Shown here piece after piece: positions 23,096 through 35,095 of a stretch of 64,000 nt of DNA (position 1 is the first letter of the stretch; each line of letters begins with the position of its first letter). Below the pieces are notes generated by a model, which saw nothing but the letters and a program-made list of their open reading frames with translations, did no database searches and was not told where the DNA came from. The stretch lies in the NCBI RefSeq assembly GCF_964194155.1, contig NC_135901.1, forward strand, positions 26,660,001-26,724,000, read 5' to 3'. The translations under genes and the position numbers were made by a program. The stretch is from Cetorhinus maximus (taxonomy: Eukaryota).

Positions 23096-24084
23096 CCATC
23101 ATCGTCGACGTCCCTCCATCCATGTCAAGATGATGGACGTGCAGCGAATCAAATCTGTCGGGGATGGGGGGAGCCTCATACGGTTCACTTTTCTTCTGAT
23201 GGCTGAAGAGACCAATCCGTGAGAGGCAGGTTCTGCCACAGGTGTGTCAGACATGAAGAGGTTCTCAGGTGCGGTTGTGGGTTGTTGCTCTCGGTGTTGG
23301 CGCCTGCTGCCAAGTTGCTGTAGTGACCAGGGATGAGCGTGGCTGAAGACAGAAAGGTCTGAAAAATATTTTGGTGACAAGGAATCATGTAATTCTAGCA
23401 CCTTCTACGATCTGTTGTGAGGGCAAATGACTCTAGGCCGCTTCAGATGGGTGGAATTATTCAACTTCAAGTGGGTAGAACTTGAGTTTTCCCTTTGTTT
23501 ACTTTCTATTACATCAAAACTGCGACCAATGCCTTTGTATCAAGTCACCAGAGTGAGATGAGCATTCAATGTAGTTAGTGCCTGTAATACAGGATGAAGT
23601 CCATACTAACAACAACATGAGCTTGCTGGGTTATGTACATGCGAAGTGAAGTAAAGGATTATGTCAGTGTGTCGCCAGCTATTTTCCGATGTGACGCCAT
23701 TTTAATTCACCAGCACCTTCGAGGGCAATTAGGGATGGGCAACAGATGCTGATCTTTCCAGTCACGCCCACATTTCATGAACAAATATCTGTACGATAAA
23801 ACTCTTGAAATGAACATGATCCCAGACACCAGCAAAAACAAAACAATGAAGCAGTTCAGTAACATTCAGCGTATAATTATTAAAATTCAACATATCGTAC
23901 ATAATATCAGTATGAAAGTATGTGTTTCCAAAGTACTTTGTTAAAGTGTTATTATTTTATACAATTGGAGGTGAAGCTGGCTCAGTGAAGCTCCTCACAC
24001 CCACATCCACCCCCCCTACACACTGTGATCAGCTCCTCTCCCCCAACAACACACACATGCCCTTCCTTTCAAACCCTCTCCCCC

Positions 24085-24640
24085 TCTCGACATCCCCTCC
24101 TCCTCCCAGCCCCTTCACACCCCCCACTCACTCAGCAGCCCCATCTCCTCCCAACCCGTCTACACCCCCCACTCACTCGACATCCCCTCCTCCCCCAACT
24201 CCTCCACATCCCCCACTCACTCGACATCCCCTCCTCCTCCCAACCCCTCCACACCCCCCACTCACTTGGCTGCCCCTCCTCCCAGCCCCTCCACACCCCC
24301 CACTCACTCGACATCCCCTCCTCCCCAACTCCTCCACACCCCCCACTCACTCGACATCCCGTCCTCCTCCCAACCCCTCCACACCCCCCACTCACTCGAC
24401 ATCCCATCCTCCCCCCAACTCCTCCACACCCCCCACTCACTCGACATCCCCTCCTCCTCCTCCCAACCCCTCCACACCCCCCACTCACTCGACATCCCCT
24501 CCTCCTCCCGACCCCTCCACATCCCCCACTCACTCGACAGCCCCTCCTCCTCCAAACCCCTCCACACCCCCCACTCACTTGGCTGCCCCTCCTCCCAACC
24601 CCTCCCTACCCCCAGCTCACTCTGCAGCCCCTCCACACCC
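24085..24640. repeat. C-rich minisatellite, about 42-48-bp unit, about 12 copies
   Basis: Unit ccccccactcactcgacatcccctcctcctcccaacccctccaca. Confidence 0.93.
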
Positions 24641-25113
24641 TCGGCAGCCTGGCCTTCCCAACAGCCTGACAGTAACATGGAGCCGCCCCGGGGGGGGGGG
24701 GGTGGGGGGGAGTCCCAGAGACCCTTTCATGACCAGGCCACCGTGACTGAAAACTGCAGCTGATTCACTCTAATCGGCTGAGATTCGGGGCTCTGCTGCT
24801 CTCACCCGGGTTGCCAAAGCAAGTCCCTTAACACGTCAGTTTCATGCTATTTTGCAAGAGCTCTCATTCAGACTGGATTCAATGAACAATCACATAATAA
24901 GCAAAAAAACATACTCGTCTGAATGAACAAGAACCGAGCTGTCAAATTAATTTCAGAGCATTAATGAATCTAAACAAGGTTGTTCTGAGTCTATTCCCTA
25001 AAAGTACTTCATGAACAAATGGTTAAGGAGTAACACTATTGACAATAACTGCGCCTCTGATTCTCCGCGTGCCGACGCTGCGAGGTTTCAGAAAGATTCC
25101 TGTGTCTCGTGAG

Positions 25114-25490
25114 TCTAACAGGACTAGACAGGGTAGATGCAGGAAGGATGTTCCTGATGGTGGGGGAGTCCAGAACCAGGGGTCACAGTCTTGAGCATAC
25201 GGGGTAGACCATTCAGGACTGAGATGAGGAGCAATTTCTTCACCCAGAGAGTGGTGAGCCTGTGGAATTCACTACCACAGAAAGTAGTTGAGGCCAAAAC
25301 ATTGTATGTTTTCAAGAAGGAGTTAGATATAGCTCTTGGGGCGAAAGGGATCAAAGGATATGGGGAGAAAGCGGGAGCAGGGCTATTGAGTTGGATGATC
25401 AGCCATGATCATAATGAATGGCGGAGCAGGCTCAAAGGGCCAAATGGCCTTACTCCTGCTCCTATTTTCTACGTACATTTCTATGTATGT
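25114..25490 (+). mobile_element. CR1 3' fragment, with a second copy of its tail at 25625-25750
   Basis: RGRPFRTEMRSNFFTQRVVSLWNSLP; same subfamily as 9234-10091. Confidence 0.9.
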
Positions 25491-26329
25491 TAATGCTTCA
25501 GGGTATACAGAATGAATTATGGGGACTAAAAATGGTGCAACATTTGATGGTCAATATAAACTCAGAAACAGAAGGGAAATGGACGATAGTGCTAAAAACA
25601 ATTCCTGACTATGAAAGATACTGTGGGTACGGGGAGAAAGCGGGAGCAGGACTATTGAGTTGGATGATCAGCCACGATCATAATGAATGGCGGAGCAGGC
25701 TCGAAGGGCCGAATGGCCTTACTCCTGCTCCTAGCTTCTGTATTTCAATGTCATTTTTAAAAAATATATATTGTTGGAGATCAGAAGTCAGCAACCTTCA
25801 TGCGTTTCCTTCCAGCGGACAAGTTTAAACGCGTCGCTCTCTTTTGGTTTGATAAATCAATAAGAACGCAGGGTACAGAATCTACCTTGCTAACATCTGA
25901 GAATTTTCAGTTTCGACACATCTTCATTTACATCCTCTGCAGCCGCTGTTTCCAAACGTTCCACAGAGCAAAAAGACTTCCGTCTCAGACTCGCCTCTGC
26001 TGCTTTCCCCAACCCAGCCCCCACCCCACCCCCCAACTCAGCCGGGCCTTTCCGAACCTTGGGGCTCCACCAAGCGGGGCAGCAGCGGAGTGCAGCCTCT
26101 CACCGGGATGGTGCCAGCTTCCCCCGATCCAGCTCCCGGCCACGCCGTGGACAGAGCGAGGGATCCTCCCGACATTTTCATTTGAGAGTCTCCCCCCACC
26201 CCCCTTCCCGGCTTTGGCCTCATCGGAGGAGGCGACGGCCGAGGGGAGGCAGACGCCAGGAGGCAAAAAAAATTCCAGGGAGTGGAATTCCACGATCTAA
26301 AAGTCGGAATTCTGCCGCATGGTGGAGAT

Positions 26330-27290
26330 TTTACAATCCACGTTAGTGAGATCTGCGACAGTGAGGTAAAGAGGCATATCCAGTTCCCGACGCTTCTCTT
26401 GTCGCTGGTGTGTCCGCTGTAGATCTGCCCGCACAGAAACCACACTGTGATTCTGGACAGACTCGGTCTGCAAGTCGATGAAGTCTTTAAGCGTGACCCC
26501 AGTGAAGGCCTTTCCCAGTGACGCGAAGGAGTGAGATGTCCCTGTAGTTGTTGCAACCTCATCTCTCGCCTTTGTTTTTTGTTCATTGTGATGATTTTCG
26601 CATCACATGTATCCTGTGGAAGGGATCCTACCTCCCAACAGACAAGGAGGGAGGAGATCATGAAGGTGCGACGGTGGATGGGACTGTCCGCGCTCGAGCA
26701 GGTCGGCTGGAATTCCATCCTCGCTGGGTGCCTTTCTGCTTGCTGAACAATCAATGGCCTTTGAGCTCAAGCGACGAGGATTCCTCGTCCAACTCAAACC
26801 ACGACAGGGAAGCTGCAGGGCAGAGTCAGAAACAGAAACTGGGAGATGTCCGTCTCATGTGAATACAGCTCACAGTAATGTTCAGCCCAGCGGGACATCT
26901 GTTTACGTCTGTCGGTGAGTGCTTCACCATTTGCTGATTTCGGCGGGGGGGGGGGGGCAACTTTGGTGATGGTCGGACCAAGCGCCCTCTTGATCCCATC
27001 ATACACAGCATGTAGATTTCCATTGTCACAGGCAGTTTGGATTTCTTGATCAGTGATCCAGTGTTTATTTACACAGTATCTCTCTGTCTTTTACATGACT
27101 GTCTTGGCTACTTCCAAGTTGTGCAGTGTTCTAGCTGTTGGGTTTATTTTGTGCATCAGGTGGGCTTTGCTTTTTGCTTCAATGACAGTTGTCATCTCTG
27201 CTGAGTAGGTCTCAAACCAGCCTTTGTTGTGGGTTCCACCTTTACCAAATGTTGCTGCTGCTGTGTCAGAAATGATTGAATCAGCAACTT
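26330..27290 (-). mobile_element. RTE-clade LINE fragment
   Basis: GIKRALGP...SANGEALTDRRKQMSRWAEHYCELY and CWEVGSLPQDTCDAKIITM are typical of the RTE pre-RT/RT N-terminus. Confidence 0.78.
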
Positions 27291-27774
27291 CCAAACTTCA
27301 TCAATATCAATGTTGATCGATTAAGCTTTTATTGATGTGCCTGTAAAATATTTTACTGTTTTGTTTCATGTTCCTTGATAATTTAACTTCATAATGGAGG
27401 TGTCACTGTGAAGAATGTGGAAGTCAGTCAGAATTGTCAGCAAGGGTTAATCAGCACTTTCTAATCGGAGATGTTAATCAGTGGAACCTTTCAAACACTG
27501 AATTGTAGAGTTTGCATCAAAGATCAATTTAGGATTAAAGTAAAAGTTTGTAACTTCATTGTAAAAAGGCTCTTGTTAAGAGTTAAGGGGAAAGATCACG
27601 GATGGTGTTTTTTAAAAAGGGACACTGTAGCCCCGAAAACCAGTGACATCTCCAGAACATTAAACTCCAGTTATAGGGGTTGTTAACATCAGCAGAAACA
27701 AACCAGATACTGTCAGACTATCAATCCTGGGTGTGATTAACAGCAGCAATAGCAGCAGAATGCAACCCTTGCTG

Positions 27775-29049
27775 TCACTTATGAACTCTCTGGTGGGTCA
27801 GCAGATTGGATGACCGAGTGAATCCCTTCCCGCAGACTGAGCAGGTGAACGGCCTCTCCCCGGTGTGAACTCTCTGGTGTGCGGTGAAATCAGATGAAGA
27901 CCTGAACCTCTTTCCACAGGAAGTGCAGCTGAACGGCTTCTCCTCAGTGTGAACCCGTTGGTGTGACCAAAGGCCGGATGACTGAGTGAACCCCTTCCCG
28001 CACACGGAGCAGATGAATGGCCTCTCCCCAGTGTGGATGCGCTGGTGCGCAGTGAGGTCTGATGACTGCCTGAAGCTCTTTCCGCAGTGAGTGCAGCTGA
28101 ATGGCCTCTCCTCAGTGTGTATCCGCTGGTGAAACATCAGGCTGGCCGACTGAGTGAATCCTTTCCCGCACACGGAGCAGGTGAAGGGCCTCTCCCCGGT
28201 GTGAACTCGCTGGTGCGCCGTGAGGGTGGACAGCTGCCTGAAGCTCTTTCTGCAGTGAGTGCAGCTGAATGGCTTCTCCTCAGTGTGAATCCGCTGGTGT
28301 ACCATCAGGTTGGCCGACTGAGTGAACCCCATCCCACACACGGAGCACGTGAACGGCCTCTCCCCAGTGTGGACGCGCTTGTGCGCATTGAGGTTGGACG
28401 AAGACCTGAACTTCTTTCCGCAGGAAGTGCAGCTGAACGGCCTCTCCCCTGTGTGATTTCGCTGGTGCGTCAGCAGGGCTGATAACTGAGTGAATCCCTT
28501 CCCGCAAACAGAGCAGGTGAACGGCCTCTCCCCGGTGTGATCTCGCTGGTGGGACCAAAGGCCGGACGACTGAGTGAATCCTTTCCCGCAGATGGAGCAG
28601 ATGAATGGCTTCTCCCCGGTGTGAGTGCGCTGGTGTATCAGCAGGGTGGAGGACTGAGTGAATCTCTTCCCGCACACGGAGCAGGTGAACGGCCTCTCCC
28701 CAGTGTGAATTCGCTGGTGTGCAGTGAGGGTGGACGACTGCCTGAACCTCCTTCCACAGTGAGTGCAGCTGAACGGCCTCTCCTCAGCGTGAATTCGCTG
28801 GTGTGACATGAGGCAGGCTGACTTGGTGAACCCCTTCCCACACTCAGAGCAGATGAACGGCTTCTCCCCAGTGTGGCTGCGCCGATGGATTTCCAGTAGG
28901 CACGGATAATAGAATCCTTTGCCACAGTCCTCACATTTCCACGGTCTCTCTGTGATGCCGGCCCCGGTGTGGCTGCGCCGGTGGTACTCCAGCCGGGATG
29001 GATAATTGAATCTCTTCCCACAGTCCTCACATTTCCACGGTTTCTCCAT
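27775..29049 (-). CDS. C2H2 zinc-finger protein (ZNF-5), 15 tandem fingers, no effector domain
   Basis: 424-aa ORF from accATGg (MEKPWKCEDCGKRFNYPSRLEYHRRSH) to HQRVHK*; all 15 fingers canonical. Confidence 0.93.
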   Translation of the reverse strand: MEKPWKCEDCGKRFNYPSRLEYHRRSHTGAGITERPWKCEDCGKGFYYPCLLEIHRRSHTGEKPFICSECGKGFTKSACLMSHQRIHAEERPFSCTHCGRRFRQSSTLTAHQRIHTGERPFTCSVCGKRFTQSSTLLIHQRTHTGEKPFICSICGKGFTQSSGLWSHQRDHTGERPFTCSVCGKGFTQLSALLTHQRNHTGERPFSCTSCGKKFRSSSNLNAHKRVHTGERPFTCSVCGMGFTQSANLMVHQRIHTEEKPFSCTHCRKSFRQLSTLTAHQRVHTGERPFTCSVCGKGFTQSASLMFHQRIHTEERPFSCTHCGKSFRQSSDLTAHQRIHTGERPFICSVCGKGFTQSSGLWSHQRVHTEEKPFSCTSCGKRFRSSSDFTAHQRVHTGERPFTCSVCGKGFTRSSNLLTHQRVHK

Positions 29050-29380
29050 GGTGCGGGTGCCCTTGTGTCTCTCCAGGTTGGACGATCAGTCGCAGCCTCG
29101 TCCACACGCAGTTACGCGTGGACGGTTTCCCCCCCGCGGTGAACGGTGTGGTGTTTTTTTCAGGCTGTGTAACTGGTCCAAGCTTCTGTCACAGGTCTGT
29201 CTCGGTGCTTTTCCAGTCACGCTGATGTTTGAAATCTTTACCCACAGGCAGAACAGACAAATATTTCTCCTTCTATATTCAAAGGCCGATGATATTCAGG
29301 TTCTGATGAACCTCTTGTCAGATTTTGACCTGATGCTTGATTTGATTTGGTTGTTCCTCTGTCAATGCTCCCCTAATCCC
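29050..29380 (-). other. decayed zinc-finger leader of ZNF-5 with upstream splice acceptor
   Basis: Acceptor ccttttccag at 29381-29390; FQTSA*LEKHRD and CD*SSNLERHKGTRT-M. Confidence 0.75.
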
Positions 29381-29504
29381 CTGGAAAAGGAGTTGAAAAG
29401 AGTCCTCACTGTAAACACAGGATGTAAATTCAGAACAGACAGTTCTAGTTTCTGTGCAATATTATTTCCCCCAAATCTGTCAACCCCAGTCTCTGTCTCT
29501 CAAA

Positions 29505-30120
29505 GGAAAGAGCTAAACCCTGCTCAACATGGCGGCCGGTTGCCTGGGTAACCCGGGCCTTTCACCCGGAGAGGAAACCCCGCCCATTCCCTCACCAAGA
29601 TGGCCGCCCATGAGCCCCGCCTTCCTCTCCCGACAGAGCGGCCGGTTCTCTGGGTGACCGGGACCTGTCACCAGGGAGCAAGCCCCGCCCACTCCCTCTT
29701 CCCTCACCAAGATGGCCGCCCATGCGCCCCCGCCTCCGTGATCGGCCCTGACTCCCACTCGCAAGATGGCGGCCAGTGAGCCCACTCCCCGCCCCCCCCT
29801 CCACCTTCCCCCCCCGCGGGGCCTCTCACCGCGGGGTAAACACGGGGCCTGTGGCCTCTTATTCGGGGCCTGGGGCCTACCGCAGAAGTTGATCCAGTTC
29901 CCAGCCCAGCCGCGGTTTCCATTCCTACCCTGTCCTCACAATCTCCTCCCGCCACCCGAACCGTCCGCTCCTCCTCACTCTGTCACCATGACTGACACTG
30001 AGCATGCTCAGAGCGCACACCCACACTGCACCTGCGCACTGGACTCCTATGGTCATTGATAGGGGACATTCTGCAGCGCGGGGTGTTCTGGGTAACTCAG
30101 CCGGCATAGAGCGCAATGAG
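29505..30120. promoter_or_regulatory. CpG island promoter of ZNF-5
   Basis: Very GC/CpG-rich; four YY1-type motifs at about 29526, 29598, 29708 and 29763; NRF1-like motifs at 30000-30040. Confidence 0.78.
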
Positions 30121-30245
30121 TGAACTGGAAGGATTTTCGCCAGTCAACAAAATAGAGGATTCACTGGTGAGGGGGATACGGGACGCCAAGCACAATGTAG
30201 GGTTGTGACACCTCATTAAATAAAACACGGGGGAGGCAATGATGT

Positions 30246-31185
30246 AAAACAAAACAAAAACAGAATTACCTGGAAAAACTCAGCAAGTCTGGCAGCATCG
30301 GCGGAGAAGAAATCAGTCAACGTTTCGAGCCTCCATGGCCCTTCGGCAGAACTGCAGCATAGTTTCAACAAGGGAGAAATATAAATTGGTTTAAGGTGGG
30401 TGGGGGGCGGGGGGGAAGAGACACATTGAGGGTGTGGTGTGAGCAGATAATCAAAAGATGCCAGAGACAAAAGGGTCAAAGAGGTGTTGAAGGTGGTGGT
30501 CTTTGTCTGAGAAAAGTGCTAATTAAGAATGGAATACAGGATATTCAAAGTACAGCTCTAGTGGGGGTGGGGTGGAAAGACTAAAGGTTTTAGTTTTAGA
30601 TTTAAAAATAATGGAAATAGGTGGGGAAAGAAGAATCTATATAAATTATTGAAAAAATAAAGCGGGTGGGGGGTGGAAAAGAAACGGGGTGGGGATGGGG
30701 GGAGGGGGAGTTTAAGATCTAAAGTTGTTGAATTCAATATTCAGCCCAGAGGGCTGTAAAGTGCCTAGTCGGAAGATGAGGTGCTGTTCCTCCAGTTTGC
30801 GTTGGGCTTCACTGGAACAATGCAGCAAGCCAAGGACAGACATGTTGGCAAGAGAACAGGGTGGAGTGTTAAAATGGCAAGCGACAGGGAGGTTTGGGTC
30901 TTTCTTGTGGACAGACCGCAGGTGTTCCGCAAAACGGTCGCCCAGTTTGCGTTTGGTCTCTCCAATGTAGAGGAGACCGCATTGGGAGCAACGAATGCAG
31001 TAGACTAAGTTAGGGGAAATGCAAGTGAAATGCTGCTTCACTTGAAAGGAGTGTTTGGGTCCTTGGACGGTGAGGAGAGAGGAAGTGAAGGGGCAGGTGT
31101 TGCATCTTCTGCGTGGGCATGGGGAGGTGCCATAAGTGGGGGTTGAGGAGTAGGGGGTGATGGAGGAGTGGACCAAGGTGTCCCG
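30246..31185 (-). mobile_element. Penelope-like element, 3' fragment (GIY-YIG endonuclease plus pLTR)
   Basis: ORF 30712..31176 NLVYCIRCSQCGLLYIGETKRKLGDRFAEH...QPSGLN; pLTR with hammerhead-like motif at 30315-30353. Confidence 0.92.
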
Positions 31186-32966
31186 GCAATGATGTAGTGG
31201 TTTTGTCGCTGGACTAGTATTCCAGACACCCAGGGCAATTCTATGGAGATCCAGAGTCGAATCCCACTATGGCAGATGGTGGAATTTGTATTCAATAAAA
31301 ATCTGGAATTAAAAGATGACTATGAAACCATTGTCGATTGTTGTAAAAACGCATCTCGTTCACTAATCCCCTTCAGGGAAGGAAATCTGCTGTCCTAGCA
31401 AGCCACTCAGTTGTATTAAACTGCTACAAAGTCACAAAATAAAGAGAAATGCAGCCGAAATGCAACTGGCATTGACCTACGAAACGACAATGGCAATCTC
31501 AGTCCTGTCGACCTTGCAAAGTTCACCTTACCTACATCTGGGAGCTAGTGCCAAAATTGGGAAAGCTGTCTCAAACTAGTCAAGCATGATTCCCTCATGG
31601 AATCATACCTTATAGATATTATCTCAGGCACCACCAACGCCATCCCTGGGTGTGTTCTGATCCACGGGCAGGTCAGGCCCGGCAGAGGTGGCGCCACAGT
31701 GGTATACAGTCGAGAGGGAGTTGCCCTGGGAGTCCTCAACATCGACTCTGGAACCCATGAAGTCTCAAGGCATCGAGTCAAACATGGGCCAGGAAACCTG
31801 TTGATTACCACATACAGCCCTCCCTCAGCTGATTAGTGCTCCTCCATGTTGAGCACCTCTTGGTGGAAGCACTGAGGGTGGCAAGGGCGCAGAATGTACT
31901 CTGGGTGGGGGACTTCAATGTACCCAAGTGGCTCGATAGCACCACTACTGACCGAGCAGGCTGAGTTCTAAATGACTCAGCTGCTAGACTGGGTCTGCGG
32001 CAGGTGGTGAGGAAACCAACAAGAGGGAAAAACATACTTGATCTCATCCTCGCTAACCTGCCTGCGCAGATGCATCTGTCCATGTCCGGTGGTAACTCCT
32101 ATCAATAAGAAGTCCCGCTTCACATTGAGGATACCCTCCATCGTGTTGTGTGTCACTACCACCATGCTAAATGGGATAGATTTTGAACAGATCTAGCAAC
32201 TCAAGACTGGGCTTACATGAGGCACTGTGGGCCATCAGCAGCAGCAGAATTATACACAACCACAATCTGTAATCTTATGACCCAGCATATCCCCCAATCT
32301 ATTATTACCATTAAGCCAGGGATCAACCCTGGTTCAATGAGAGTGCAGGACCAGGCATACCTAAAAATGAGGTGGCAACTTGGTGAAGCTATAACACAGG
32401 AGTACTTGCATGCCAAACAGCATAAGCAGCAAGTGATAGAGCTAAGCAATCCCACAACCAGGGGATCAGATCTAAGCTCTTCAGTCCTGCCGCATCCAGT
32501 CTTGAATGATGGGGGACAATTAAACAACTTGTGGAAGAGGCTCCACAAATATCCCTATCCTCAGTGATGGAAGAGCCCAGCACATCCGTGCAAAAGACAA
32601 GGCTGAAGCATTTACTACAATCTTCAGCCAGAATTGCCGATGGATGATCCAATTTAGCCTCTTCCAAAGGTCCTCAGCATCACAGAAGCCAGTCTTCAGC
32701 CAATTCGATTCACTCCACGTAATATGAATAAATGGCTGAAAGCACTGGATACGCAAAGGCTATGGGCCCTGACAATATTCTGGCAATAGTACTGAAGACT
32801 TGTGCTCCAGAACTTGCCGCACCCTTAGCCAAGCTGTTCCAGTACAGCTACAACACAGGCATCTACCCGGCTATGTGGAAAATTGCCCTGGTATGTCCTG
32901 TACACAAAAAAGCAGGACAAATCCAACCAGGCCAATTACCACCCCATCAGTTTACTCTCCATCAGT
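31186..32966 (+). mobile_element. CR1/L2-group LINE, second family (5' region, APE endonuclease, RT start)
   Basis: LLITTYSPPSAD, VLWVGDFNV and AKAMGPDNILAIVLKTCAPELAAPLAKLFQYSYNTGIYPAMWK. Confidence 0.82.
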
Positions 32967-33017
32967 AAGGCTGGTCTTAAAGCAACAATCACCACATCCC
33001 TCCCCCTTTAATTCCTT

Positions 33018-33437
33018 AGGACATAGGAACAGGAGAGGGCCATCCAGCCCGTTGAGCCTGCTCCGCCATTCAATATGATCATGGAAGATCGAACACTTCA
33101 ATGCTTTTTACCCACACTATTCCCATAACCCTTTACCTTATTGTTAATCAGAAATCTATCAATCTCTACCTTTAACATACTCAGTGACTGAGCTTCCACT
33201 GCCCTCTGGGGTAGAGAATTCACAACCCTCCTCATCCCGGTCCTAAGTGGCTTCCCCCTTATTTTGAAATTGTGTCCCCTGATTCTAGGCTCCCCGACCA
33301 GGGCAAACATCTGACCAGCATCTACCCTGTCTATCCCTTTAAGTGTTTTGAGGGTTTCAACGAGATCACCTCTCATTCTTCGAAACTCCAGAGAACACAG
33401 GCCCAGTTTACACAATCTCTCTTCATAAGACAGTCCT
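33018..33437 (-). mobile_element. CR1 3' fragment nested in the Gypsy element
   Basis: KLGLCSLEFRRMRGDLVETLK. Confidence 0.88.
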
Positions 33438-33916
33438 TGTTTTACGTTCCTTATTTACACAAATTACTGTATACAGGTGAATAGAAACAATATCAAAAAT
33501 CTTAGAAATAATCGCACTGGTACTTTGTCATGTTTGCAGATTGTACACTTATTGACGTAGGTCCAGTAATTATAAATCAAGTAATTGAGGGGGTTTTCTG
33601 CTTTGGGTAGAGCGGCGTAATTCTATGGATTGAGGCTCTCCTACAGGATCAACACTAACAGGAACTGCGATATCGGGTACTTCTTTTGGCACAGTCAGTT
33701 CACTGTTATTCGATTCAATGGGGGCATCAGTTATGTCTATAACACGTCGATCAGGTACTTCGGTGCTTGCGGGTTCAATAACATTCCTTGGTGGCAACAC
33801 TGACCGTGGAAGCGCTTCCCTGCTCCTCAGGTGATCCACGCGTATACGAACGATCCGGCCCACCACGTCTTCTTGGTATGACAGGGGTCTGGTCTCACAG
33901 ACAGTAATTCCTGGGA

Positions 33917-34327
33917 CAAAGACAGAAAATGCTGGAAACACCAAGCAGGTCTAGCCCTGCATCTGTGGAGAGAGAGAGAGAGAGAGACTGAGAGCGAGAG
34001 CAAGAGAAAGAGAAAGAGAGAGAGAGAGAGCTAGAGAAAGCAAGAGAGAGCGTGAGAGAAAGAGCGCGAGAGATAGCGCAAGAGATAGCGCGAGAGAAAG
34101 CATGAGAGAGAGAGCGAGAGAGAGAGCACGAGAGAGAGAGAGCGAGAGAGAGAGCGAGCGTGAGAGAAAGCGTGTGTGAGAGAGAGAGTGAGAGCGAGAG
34201 AGAGCGAGTGAGAGAGAGCGAGAGAGAGCGAGTGAGAGAGAGCGAGAGAGAAAGACAGAGTTAACATTCCGAGTCTATATGACCCTGTTTCAGATTTCCA
34301 GCATCTGCAGTATTTTGCTTTTATGTT
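33917..34327. mobile_element. Penelope pLTR-derived insertion with an expanded (GA)n-like microsatellite
   Basis: pLTR motifs (gaaaatgctggaaa...gcatctgtggagagag; cagatttccagcatctgcagtattttgc); GA-rich tract 33969-34258; 16-bp TSD aca(g/a)taattcctggga at 33901-33916 and 34328-34343. Confidence 0.8.
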
Positions 34328-34607
34328 ACAATAATTCCTGGGATCCCACTTGGAACGCGGCCGAAGTTTCTTACATACATGGCTTCAGCTACTATAAACG
34401 TCCGGGCTCTATTATGCAAATCGTGACTTGTTTCTCGATTACCTTGGTTCTTCTCTTCCCTCCCCGGCAAATTTGGAAATACGAGACTCGGTCTCATTTC
34501 TTTTCGACGACGCTTCATAAGCGGTTCTGCTGGTGGAACTCCCGTTGCTGCACACGGAGCAGTGTGGGAGCGAAGAAGGAAGGGCGAGATTTTGGTTTCC
34601 GAGATTA

Positions 34608-35095
34608 GTCCAGAGGAGATTCCCCAGGATGTTGCCTGGGGTGAAACATTTAAGTTATGAAGAGAGGTTGGATAGGCTTGGGTTGTTTTCGTTGGGGCAG
34701 AGAAGACCGAGGGGCGACCTGATCGAGGTGTACAAGATTATGAGGGGCATGGACAGGGTGGATAGGGAGCAGCTGTTCCCCTTAGTTGAAGGGCCAGTCA
34801 CGAGGGGACATAAGTTCAATGTGAGGGGCAGGAGGTTTGTGGGGGGGATGTGAGGAAAAACTTTTTTACCCAGAGGGTGGTGAGGGTCTGGAATGCGCTG
34901 CCTGGGAGGGTGGTGGAGGCGGGTTGCCTCACATCCTTTAAAAAGTACCTGGATGAGCACTTGGCAGGTCATAACATTCAAGGCTATGGGCCAAATGCTG
35001 GTCAATGGGATTAGGTAGGTAGGTCAGGTGTTTCTCACGTGTCGGTGCAGACTTGATGGGCCGAAGGGCCTCTCCTGCAACTGTGAGATTCTGTG
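34608..35095 (+). mobile_element. CR1 3' fragment nested in the Gypsy integrase
   Basis: VQRRFPRMLPGVKHLSYEERLDRLGLFSL; tail ...ctgtgagattctgtga. Confidence 0.9.

Noticed and set aside
23922-24763. Pro-rich and Gly/Arg-rich ORFs in several frames
   Set aside because: Artefacts of the C-rich minisatellite, which lacks stop codons.
28087-29105. Overlapping alternative-frame and antisense ORFs within ZNF arrays (also at 5156-5933 and 45293-45950)
   Set aside because: Expected shadows of GC-rich 84-bp finger repeats; no independent coding signal.
34031-34267. Ser/Leu-rich ORF
   Set aside because: Translation of a (GA)n-derived microsatellite.
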